DNA from: Balanoglossus misakiensis
Lineage: Eukaryota > Animalia > Hemichordata
Reading direction: 5' to 3'
DNA: 64,000 bases
Assembly: GCA_040954595.2 (NCBI GenBank)
Contig: CM082588.2
Location: forward strand, 1,169,935-1,233,934
Shown: piece after piece, positions 38,701-49,607 of the stretch
Numbering within the stretch: the stretch's first letter is position 1
Layout of the letters: the number at the start of each line of letters is the position of its first letter
The notes under the pieces: generated by a model
What the model was told of the DNA's origin: nothing
The model's database searches: none
The model's input: the letters and a program-made list of their open reading frames with translations, nothing else
Program-made: the position numbers and the translations under genes

Positions 38701-41700
38701 TCCCCAAACCATTGGCTAGATCAATGTCTGACCTGACCGAAGGAATATTACATCCATACAGATCCATCGTTTGAGGGCACTTCCTATGCTTTGGGTGTAG
38801 GGCGCACCCTTGAATGTACGATCTTTCTGTCAGCAGAAAAAAAACTGTGATAAACATTTCTTACCAGTGGCTGTTTATCGGCTTCTCTTGTTGATTTCAA
38901 ATCTCGGCGTGATAGTTTACGAGTTCTTACTACAAGAAGCAGATAGGTAAATTTTGTCATTTCTATATTATATGATGACATATTGCTTACTTCAATACCA
39001 GAATAGGTTTGTAAATTTGTTAACTATATTAGTTGCAAACATTAATTGACTTGGTGGCAACATCTACAGTCAAAAAAGCAATAAATCAAATAGCAAGATG
39101 TCTGGAAACCAATCGATTATATCACCAGTGAAACTAATAGCTTCTGATAAAGAGAGAACGCTAACATATTTAAAACTAGTCCAATAATATGCAACACTCG
39201 GCTGTCAATCTGGCAGCAGCAGCAACAAAGCAAACAGAATCAACAGCAGACATGAAAACTCACCTGGGGCACTGGCACGAGATAATGTGGGTGCAGACAT
39301 CAGCTGACTTTCCATCAGGGGAGGGTGCATCACGCTTCCCACTTTTCTCCTCCCTGTTGCCTCCAATCCGACATAACTGTCTTTCTGGCCCATCCCGACC
39401 ATGACACCTCGGTGACGGGGGCGGCCAACAGCTGTGGGGAAGACTGCTTGGGGCTGTAGTGGACCGACCAAGCCAGCTTTGGTCAGCATTGATCCACTGT
39501 CAATTAAAATTGGTGGTCTCTCTTCTTCCTCCTCCTCCTCCTCTTCTTCCTCATCCTCCTCTTCTTCCTCATCCTCCTCTTCCTTCTCTAAATTAAAGCT
39601 ACATGTATTTAAGCACAAATCTTCCAGGCTGTAATCACCGTCATCTATATCGCAATAATCCAGGAGCTCATCAACACCTTCAAAGACAGAAATATAGAGA
39701 CAAAATATAGAGCAAGGTGATGGAAACTCAAATAGTCATAAATGACAAAGCATCCTGAGGAATCATTACAGTGCCCTCTTTGCCAACTTAAAGCAAACAC
39801 TATTTCAGTCTGATTGTAATACAGCAAGTGATTTAATGTTGATTCCTTCATGGAGGTAAATCAGAACCTATAAGGGGTCACGATATAACCAATTACATCA
39901 CCTGAGTCAGCCATCATTGGAAGATCAGGCCGTGACTCCAGGATCAGCCGTTTCAACAGTAAATTCTGATGCTACACATTGCATTTACCTGTAAAATCAT
40001 TGAACAATTCTATTTCTATTGCTTTATCCATAAATAGGTCTCTTTCTGTTTCTTCCATTGATTCGAAAAACCTTAGAATAAAACAAAACTAATTAAACAT
40101 AGAAGCAATGCGCAATTATCTACAAATCTATGAGAAATAAAGCAACTCCCTTGAATAGTTAAATATCATTTTCATAAACTGTTGCAATATATGCATGCAG
40201 TCTTGAAACTTTCCCCATTGTGTCAGTCCAAGTACCCTACATACCAGACCAGAGAGCAAATATCCCAAAAAGTTTTCAACTAACAACAGCACTCTGCTGA
40301 GCTTGTTCATGGAACCACAAGAGAACTATAATGATTATAGATCAGACTTACCCTTTCAGTTCTTTCACTGAATCATTGTAACTGTCCTCGTTAAGAGAAT
40401 CAAGGCTCTGATAACATCCTGCAAATAACAATTGTAGTATCATCAAAAAATTCTAAGGAAAGCCAGACTGTTTTCAGCACCTGCATAGTAAATTTCGAAA
40501 ATGTAAATCACAGGGCGTTTGTTGTCTTTGTGATAAATGTTTGAATGGGTCCTGTCTGGACAATAATACATCAGAAGGATGGATGCCTATGGTTGAATAG
40601 ACTCATGTACATAGGTTATCCATACCCATCACACAAATCCCCTTCATCAATTTTTCCAAGCAGCAAATGATTATATGAGATGCTCACCATCTAATGTGTC
40701 AAATGCTATGGATTTATACTTTTCCGTGTCTCCCTGTACTTCCTTGACAAAGTTGGCAAACGAGTATGCAACCTGAAAACAAAATCAGACACTGATTTCT
40801 CTTAAATTTTGACATGTAACTTTTGTCGTCACAGATCTGGACTGCAGCTGATATCCACAGTTGTCTAAAGCTAATGTTTACTGGATGTGAATTTGGGTGT
40901 CTATTATTAACCCCCTTACTTATAAATAAGATAGGCCAACCACAATTGGTTATATTACAGGTGATTCCAAATGCATAAAAAGGGGTGTTGCCTACTTACT
41001 TGCAGCCTCAGGGGATGTGAAGGTTGTAAATCTTTGATGGCGATTTCATGGGCGTCTTTGTAAGCTCTCTCGGCTTGAAGGACCATGGAAAGATTCTCGC
41101 TGGTCTTTGCCCGCTCCAGCAACTTTTTGATTTCTTCTTCACCACTCAGCTGTAAAAAAGTAACAAGTCATTGTAGATGACACAGTCTCCACTAGACGAC
41201 CTGCTGTGGTTCAATAATACACTGAACAGTGAACTGATATGTAATAATGCAAATAACCACGGAGGAGTGACCATGAAATAAAAGACACAAATCTGCATGC
41301 AAGAGTATGACAAACTTCTTACTGCCACTTCTTTGCATGGTTTCTCTTCCCATCCAATGTAGGTCAGAATGTCGACATCTTCCTTAGCAACCAGCTCTTC
41401 AATGCTTGGTCCTCGAGGTCCCAGTAACTCCTCATCCTAAAAAAGTCAGAGTTGAGGAGAGATTTACACAATCATGATTGGAACATTCCTACTGAAAGCA
41501 TTTTCATCAGCGTTTAGATACCAGTGAATGACTCCAATAACATTTCTTACCTTCTCTCTGGTTTCCACGGCAACAAAGCTGGTGAACTGAGTCACTATAG
41601 AATACTCCTTACTGATACTGATGATATAATCTTTCTGCTCACTCTTCATTACCTCATGCTCTGTGCGATCCATGTCTAAAGTCCCATCCTCCCAATCTCT

Positions 41701-44700
41701 AATGATGGCACGAGCTGTCAGTTGGTGGAGGATCTTGGGAGACAAACAACATACCAAGAATGAGGTAAAACAAGATTTACCAATGTTTCTGTGCCTGCTA
41801 TAAAGTTGGAATGAATTACATATTACAATTACACTACATAGCCATTTTACCCTTTCATCACCGTGGTCCAATCCAACCCATTGTTCTCTATGGTAAGGTT
41901 GGACCTCTAAAGAGGGAACTGGGGGTGAAAGGGTTAACTTGCTTCTGAATAAATCTGCACTCATGTGCACAAAGTTCTCACCTTTCCTCGAGTGATGTTC
42001 AGGTCTGCAGTTGACACCATGGTTGAAACTTGTTGATGATCAATTTCTGCATTCAGTGTTGCCTGAAAAATTGTCAAAATAGGCCTGTTGGTATGATGTT
42101 TTAAGTCAGAAATGACAGCTGAACAGAAGCACCGATATTTTTTCTGTTCTGCAAAACTAACTTTAATCTTCGTCTAGCTGAGTACACTTTTAATTTTATT
42201 TGATTCAGAAGTAATTTGATCAGTTAACATTTACACACGAAGAAGTAGTTCAGGAAACTTGAAAATAAATAGAGATCTTCATGTATACCTGAGTACAGTA
42301 TGGCACAAAACCATAGACCACCTGGCGAGAACCACTGAATAGCGAGACAATCTGATTGGGTGCCTGGATGGGTTTGGGAGCGTCACTGTCAAACTGTTGC
42401 CAAGCAACATGCACTGATGTCAATGCTGGATGTGCTGCTTTCAGGAGTTGGGACTTCACCTGGAGAAGACAGGAATTGTGGGAAAGAATGACAGACAAAC
42501 AGACAGACAGGGAAATGCCTCTTAGAAACTGACTACATGTATCAAGTTCTACCCCATGCTCATATGGAGCAGAAAAAATCAAAGAAGAATGCAAGAAAAC
42601 AGAAAAGACAATCAGTTTTACCTTTCTTTCCCACTTTGATTTAGTTTTCTTGTCAAAGTATTCATACGCACCAGCGCCAACTCTGGCCATCGCCTGAAGT
42701 AAATGTCGGTTTGCAGTTGAACTGAAATTTAAAAAAGAACAAAAATATGAGAATATTTTTAATTTTTATTTAATCACAATTTAATATTTCCCTCCCAAAT
42801 GCTCAAACATCCAAAAGAGCGTGACCTCCCCCATGAATCCCCCCCCCCCCCAGGCCCGAAGAAACTGTCTAGTCCCTAAATGGATTTTACCTGACTCCAA
42901 GGGTAAACACCCTTGTGTGTTGATTACACCGGCGGATAGATTCCAGTGTCATGCTCTCATTGTTGATGTGACCGTCCGAGAGAAGGAATATGTTGCGCAG
43001 ACCGGTGCTGGGGGAGAGTTGGAAGAACGAGTGAAGAGGCCGCCAAAGTTCTGTGTTGCCCATGTCGCCTGTGTCGCAGCACAGCTGGAGAAACTTCCGA
43101 GCCAGTTTGTGGTTTTTCTCAGTTTTGGGCAAGCTGCTCGGGAACAGCTCAACAAAGGCTGAAAGAAATGAATTATTATTAACAGTTAGAATGTTAAATC
43201 ACTCTGAAATTCTTATCAGAATTAGCACATATGGCTTTTATGATACCAGAGCATCAAATGTTAGTCATTTCTAAAACTTCTGAAGTTGATTTGCTACAAG
43301 ATCTTACGGATCTGTAAACCATACTCTGTCAAAGCCGCAGCTAAAATGCCCCAGCACACAACCACTTACTGGTGCCAAAAGTCACGATATTGAAAGTACA
43401 ATTCTCAGGTAAATGATGCAGCAACAACAGCAAGGCTGTGAGTGCCGTGTTCAGGGTATCCTCATCCTCATCCATGGAATTCGACATATCTAACAGAAAC
43501 ACCACTTCATATCCATCCATGCTGTCGGCTTCAAATTCCGGGTAAAATGTCAACATACAAGCCTGTGTTGGGGAAAAAAAACATTATCCGGCATTCAGAA
43601 TCATGTTATCAACTATCTGTAACGAACTGGGTATTATCTTGTTCTCCCTAAAAGCACATTGAAATTCCTGATATTTAACTTGTCATTGTAGTCTGTACAT
43701 TTAGAGCCAGCACTATTATCATCAATGGACAATGATGTCTCCTGTGTGATATATGTATCTCACCTGACTGTCAACTTTATCCGGATGTTTTTCCACCCAC
43801 ATCCTGGGAACATGGATCTCGGCAAGCCCAACCAGCAGTTGGAAGCCATCGCCCAGAGTTGAGTTCTCATCCAGCGCCACAACCGCTTTAGTTGCAGTTC
43901 GCTGTAAAACAAGTGAGTCGCAAAGTCATCATTATTCATTCACCAACACTCATATCCTTTTTTGTATCTTATAAGTAATGATATGAACATGCACTGAAGA
44001 TAGTCAGACCAAATTGAGTCAATCCTTGAATGAGATTTCCACAAGCTATCAAGGAGTAACAAGTATCACACCAAGTCAATGCTTGCGAATAAAATCACTT
44101 GCTATCTATACATACTTACCTTGATGGAGATTTCATGAGTTGGTGATTCTATCGTTCGGATATCAAATGGCATTTCAACAGAAATTTGCAAGTGCACATG
44201 TCTGTCAGGATAATAAATATGTAATTCTTGTGAACCCAACATTTTGTACATATTTGCTATATTTTTTTAATTCATATGGATACTATATTAAAGTCAACAA
44301 AGAAAACGGAACCATATATAAGCCCTCTAGACATCACTTTCTCTTGACTGATGAACTCACCCTTGACCTTCGGCCACTTTCACAGTTTTCACATCTGCTT
44401 GAGTTTCTTGAGAAAGTGCAGAATCTTTCTTCCACGGTGCCACACTCCCAGGAAGTTGGAAATTAATCTTATCCCCGTCCACACTCAGCTCAGTGACGTA
44501 TGTAATCTTGATCAGGACATTTGCTTTGGGAGGCAGGTTGCCCACACTCACTGTGAATACATCCTGGTTGGATGAAACGTTCAAAAAATAACTATAAGGT
44601 ATCATGCATATTTATGCATTCTCATTGGTTGGAGTCAAGCATGTGACACTGCAAGTGTGATCTCATTGGCTATGGTCAGTCACTAAAATCAATGGATCAA

Positions 44701-47700
44701 ATAACATATAGGGGAAAAGATTAACACAAAACACAAATTACCGGAGTTTCTTCATCCATGAGATACGCCCCATGCCCCTTGCTGATGGCTTCCTTATATT
44801 CTTTGTGAGCAGTTTCCTTTTCTTTGACTTCACCAACAATGTGTTTGCCGTTGATGAAGGCTTCAAAACCGCACACTGCTGCCATGGTGTCAAGGGGAAA
44901 CACATACTTTGCCTCTATTGGTATGCTGCTCTCATTTGAATATGCTTGCATGACTATCACCTGGCAACAAGACATGATTTCTTCCCGTTATTCATCAGTA
45001 GAATTTACTGTCAGGGTACGTCTGACTAAACATAGACTATCAGTGAGACAAATATCTTTATGCACAAAACATCCATTATTTGTTGTGCATCAAGGATGCA
45101 ATGATGCATACATTTTCTATTCTCGAAGATGCCCTTAATTGACGGGTTTCACTGTACCTCCAAGACTTGATCAATCTATCAACTTACCTTAGCAACAAGG
45201 TCCAATAGTTGAGCTTTCACGTGCACCGACTTCAAGGGAACTGGTGCGTCACCACTTGAGACCAAACCTGGTTTGACTTTTGACATGGGATCAGTCATAT
45301 TCATAATACCATCCAAGGCTGGAATTGACAACAATTTCTTAGACGAGCATCCACATTGATTACTTGAAGATTGTATCCACACATAAAGGATATTACTTCA
45401 ATGTTAATATTTGGCCAATCTTAAAGAAGTACCGTATAGACGCTTCACAGTATTAACTCTGGTCGACTTCAAATGAAGACTCTTACCCCCATCCAAGTCG
45501 GAGTAACTTGATGAGCTGGACGAGTCATCAGAGCTGCTGTCGTCAGAATCAGAATCTGTTTCTTCGTCCGAAGATTCATCCTGACTGGACGTGTCTTTAA
45601 GCGAAATCGCTTTGGGAACTGGTTTGAGAATGTCACCCTGCAAGGTGAATTCAACCAAGTATCGGATTCGCTGTTGGTTTGTGTTGTACACCACAAACTC
45701 ATCATCCTGTGAAACAAAACACCACATGCAGTGGGTAGTTAGTTGCCATAATGTGAAGAGCAGAAAGATCTTGTTAGGACAAGACCCAAGAAGCCACTGT
45801 GAAATTAGCAAATCCTGAAGAGTTGTGACCTAAAGACATAAAAACATAAGTCATAGCCTATTTAGAAAGAACAGATCTCACTTTGAAATCTGACGGTTTC
45901 AGGTCGGTTCCCTTGACGCCTTGAACACTGTTGTACCCATCTGGTGGCGCTGTCATATTGGTGTCAGATTTGTACATCTCTTGGCACTTCCCTAGAGCCA
46001 CATCAGCCACAACCATCCATCTGGTACCTCTCACCTGATTGGGCGAGCTGTACTTGGCACTTGTGCTGTAAAGACAAAAATAAACATGTCAACTTACCTT
46101 AGAGGCCTCACCTTATTCTTGGTGTGTGGTCCACTAAATGTAACGTATAAACAAGTAGTGGCTACAGATAACAATCACCTTGCAATCTGCACCTTGTGAA
46201 AACAACTAACACCCACACAAATGCAAATATATGGTTTGTACCAAGTTTTCAGCCACAGGAAGATTTTTTACCTTGATGAGTCAGTGAAGTATATTCCATG
46301 GCCGAGCATTCCCGGATCAGTTCGTTTTCCACCAAAGTCATCCACCACTACTTTGGGTAATAACAAGCCTCTATAAAACACAAATATTAAACCAGATTAA
46401 CATGACATGTAGATTCAACTTAATTTCACTACTTAATTGTTACATTTTAATGACAAAATTTGACTTCAAGAAAATTGCTTCACTTTTTTCTGACTTCATT
46501 TTGAAAACACGTACTCCCTCCTACCTTGACAAAATTCCAACAAAGTTAGCAGGCTTGGATGCATGGAACAAGAGCCTGGAATCACCAAGATCTTTGACAA
46601 AGCTACTTTCTTCAACTGACCGGCTCACGGCATAGATGTTTTCTATATTCAGCGAATGGAATCTGTGATATAAATAATACACACATGAAGATTATCAGGG
46701 TTAGAACCAGACATGTTCCTCACTCTGTTCCTCATATGTTCACTCCCTCAATCAATCTATCTCTCACTTACTCACTCACTGCTGTAGCACAGAGATAATC
46801 TTACCCGTCCAAGAAAACCAAGTGTTCAATCCTCTTGTATTCAGAGTCACCTTTCTCAAGATGTTCAATGTGGCATCTTAGAGCATTGTACTTGGCTTTT
46901 GTACTGCCAACACTGGACCAGTTTGTGGCTTCATTCACACTGATGATGTCCCGTATCAGCTGTAAAAAGATAACACGATTACTGCTCAGCAATTCCATCA
47001 AAAAAGATTTGCCAAATATGATTTACAAATTTATATTAAGCCCCCCAAAAAGCTGATGACACTGGGTTTAGTTTACTAGTTGACAAATTATTGTACACAA
47101 ATACATATACTGTACACACACTCACGTACACACACACACAAGATTGAAAAAAAGTAACTGACAACTTATCGACTGACTTACTTGACACAAATCCTGCTTT
47201 TGAGCAATCAGACTTTTGTTGTCGATAAGTGGAATGTTGGTTTTGTGCGGAATGGCGCGTTGATATTCCTGTGTAAGACTTGACAGTTCCTTTTGTGTGG
47301 CCCCGGATTCAATGGCTCTCCTCAACTGTAGTAAAACAGCCTCTGCTTTCTCAACCTATATGGGTTTAATAAGAATAGTCATACCACCAGGAAAACACAC
47401 ATTTGGTAACTCTGAAAACGTTTGGAGTCTTTTTATTAAAATGTGAGAGTACTATTAAATGCCACTTACTTGTTCAATTTTTAATGAGGCCACAGGATTC
47501 AATAAAACCTCATCTAATTTCCCAAGAGCTTCTTGCCAAATCAGTTTCACTAGCGTAGACACTTCAGGTGAGAGATACTTGGCTTCAGTCGTCTCCAACA
47601 TCATCTGTAAAGCACAAACATGTGACATCAATTCGACCAATGAGATCATTTACAAAGTTCACAACACTGATTTTCTAAATATTTTTTGAAGTTTGATCAA

Positions 47701-49607
47701 TATAATTTGACATGACAGCACTATACCTTCCTGAATTTGCCAGATCCTATATACCTGGAGACCAAATCAAAGGATTTTGTCATCTTTCTCGGACCTTCAC
47801 TTCGTTGATTGTACAGGAAAGTATAGCATTCCAGAGCCTCATCAGCAGAGTGTAGGTAACGATACTCTCTAGTTCCGCAAGATTCATCCTTGTCAGAGAG
47901 AAAGACAACGAAAATTAGACTTTTTTTTAAAAAGTACCCTTTTTGGACATTCAAGATTTTCACAAACATTGCTTTATGCTGGATTGGCAAAGCATCTCTT
48001 TGGGGGCTTCAGCAGTAACCTCCCTATTCTTGCGAGAAGACTGAAGGGGAACATATACCAATGATTTCTGCTGCAACATATACAAATTTCATCAAAAGAA
48101 ACAATAACCTGAATAAAAAGTAAGCAGTATCTTACCTTCATTTCTGATAGAAGACCATAGTGGGTGACGACTCTAAAGTTATACTCATTGTCATTTGGTT
48201 TGTCTTTCAGATCATTCAGTGGTTGTACGTGGATCTCCATGACGAAGAAGGTCACCTCGCCACTTTTCTTCTCTTTCCTCTGCAAAAATGAACGAGGTAA
48301 AAGTTCAAGTTGAAATTATACAGGTGGGACCAGGCTTCTGTTGTTTACAGTGCAGGCTAGCTATCGTAAGAGGGTTGATATTAATGAATGATCTTCAGTG
48401 GAATTGAACAAGCCAAAAGTAACCAATGTTTCATGATCACAAGTTGACATATGATTTAACATACTGTGCTAAGTCACATGCTTGTGATAATGGAAATATT
48501 GAATACTTTCTGATGTTTCTGCTCTCCATAAGCCCTTACCTGTAAGATGGTACTTTTGGCAACCTCATACTTATCTTCATCAAAGAATGGTGCTGTGTCA
48601 TAGCCATCTCTCCAGACTCTAGTTCAACAGAAAATTGAAATATGAAAATATACTTTATGTGTGCCATGCCCTCCAGTTGTTATTGTCCCCCATATTCAGG
48701 GCCAATCCTCTAATAGCTAGAATACATCACATGATACTGCTGGACCAGTCAATATAGCTTGAGTTTTTGATTGACATTTATGGGCGGAGCAAGATAAAAT
48801 AGCAGAACATGTACTGTGCTACTGCAGACACAACAAGACTAGTTGATCATTTGCTTTAATGCAAACACAGACCTGTTTACTTTATTCATCCCATTTGACA
48901 CATGTCATGACCATACTCACTTTATTTTGTTTATGTTGAAAGTTGTCTTGACAGTTTTCTGTTTCTGGTCATTTTGCTGAAGTTGTTTGCTAGCTGTTGG
49001 GAGAACAGAATGAGATGGAAATGTGTTCTCGTAGTCCAAGCGAAGAAAGCAAGCATATAAAGAGTTCTAAATTTTGAATAAATTGTGCATCCCAGTCCAC
49101 ATCTTTTGACACTTACCTACAATCTTTCCAGAACTGAATTCATTGGATCTGGAGACTCCATACACAACATACGGATCAGCATCCAGTAAAGCTGCTTTCT
49201 CCACACAATCATGGATGAAATCCATGGATACAACCGGAATACCATACTTGACAGCTTGTCTCATTTTATAAGATAGGTCTCCTTTCTCAGGGTTGCTGAC
49301 CACCAGATACGTACTCTGGAATTATAACAGAGGATGTGTGACTATTTAACGAAATTGTTATGTGATTATGTCAAAAAGTGTTTTTCCTTCTTTTCTATGA
49401 AAGGCAAATGTACCCGTTGAGTTTCTTGGGTTGTGGAAATGACACCTCACAAAATAATCAGCGATATGTGACTTTCACCTTCTTTGTGATGATGTAACTG
49501 ACAACTCCATCATTGTTTGTGATCTTCTTCCGCAAATCTTGCTTCTTCTTGAAAGGGACACTGGTGCTCAGTTCCAGTGCAATTTGACATTTGCTGAAAA
49601 TTCCCAT
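32757..49607 (-). CDS. PARP4: PARP4 / vault poly(ADP-ribose) polymerase: BRCT - WGR-like - regulatory - ART - VIT - vWA - long insert - C-terminal domain
   Basis: Start [13 protein letters not shown] (49479-49607, BRCT). Catalytic exons carry LLFHAS (~46525-46662), GMLGHGIYF (~46272-46370) and [17 protein letters not shown] (~45488-45706). VIT: [47 protein letters not shown] (~44742-44960). vWA: [11 protein letters not shown] (~43371-43563), IFLLSDGHI (~42891-43158), [10 protein letters not shown] (~41551-41733). Last exons [10 protein letters not shown] and [22 protein letters not shown] resemble the recalled human PARP4 C-terminus (YPSICPRLELGNDWDSATKQLL). About 43 coding exons; a few small exons in 36900-39700 are uncertain. 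Confidence 0.95.
34017..34590. repeat. Diverged tandem duplication (period about 355 bp) of an exon end, splice donor and intron inside PARP4
   Basis: 34017-34240 aligns with 34374-34590, e.g. TGTAAGGTAAG..ACGCAACTTGTAT..CCAGACAAGC..GCAGTACTCTGTG..TAGATTTCGTTCCCTTACCTGG..TGGAATGGCTG. The exon ends translate AIPSPG and AIPPPG. Confidence 0.9.
35404..36824 (-). CDS. PARP4: PARP4 large low-complexity exon: polyproline tracts followed by FG/GFG-rich repeats
   Basis: Within ORF 35338-36897. GT donor after ..ASPTL (phase 0) fits the next exon, YKKGGRGRG (34557-34935). The 5' boundary is approximate. Confidence 0.85.
37244..37393 (-). CDS. PARP4: PARP4 exon carrying a ribosomal P-protein C-terminal-like motif, [15 protein letters not shown] (37299-37343)
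   Basis: TAG acceptor, GTAAAT donor, 150 nt, phase 1-1, open frame. The P0/P1/P2 consensus is EESDDDMGFGLFD. Confidence 0.8.
39264..39587 (-). CDS. PARP4: PARP4 exon: poly-Glu tract plus actin N-terminal fragment (39322-39516)
   Basis: TTTAG acceptor, GTGAG donor, 324 nt, phase 1-1, no stop codon. Ungapped match to actin residues ~6-70 including [21 protein letters not shown]. Confidence 0.85.
40352..41149 (-). CDS. PARP4: Three PARP4 exons (41000-41149, 40688-40772, 40352-40418) encoding a 14-3-3 C-terminal-helix-like segment
   Basis: Spliced translation ..[25 protein letters not shown]|[28 protein letters not shown]|[22 protein letters not shown]. Canonical CAG/GT sites with compatible phases (0,0,1,2). 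These exons are too short to appear in the ORF track. Confidence 0.85.

Noticed and set aside
38730-38830. Extra PARP4 exon [12 protein letters not shown]...
   Set aside because: It would need an intron of only about 35 nt, and the flanking exons 38865-38929 and 38579-38615 already join in frame.
39205-39618. Standalone actin gene or processed actin pseudogene
   Set aside because: Only residues ~6-70 are present, with no further actin sequence nearby. The segment has its own acceptor and donor in phase with flanking PARP4 exons and no stop codon, so it is treated as a PARP4 exon.
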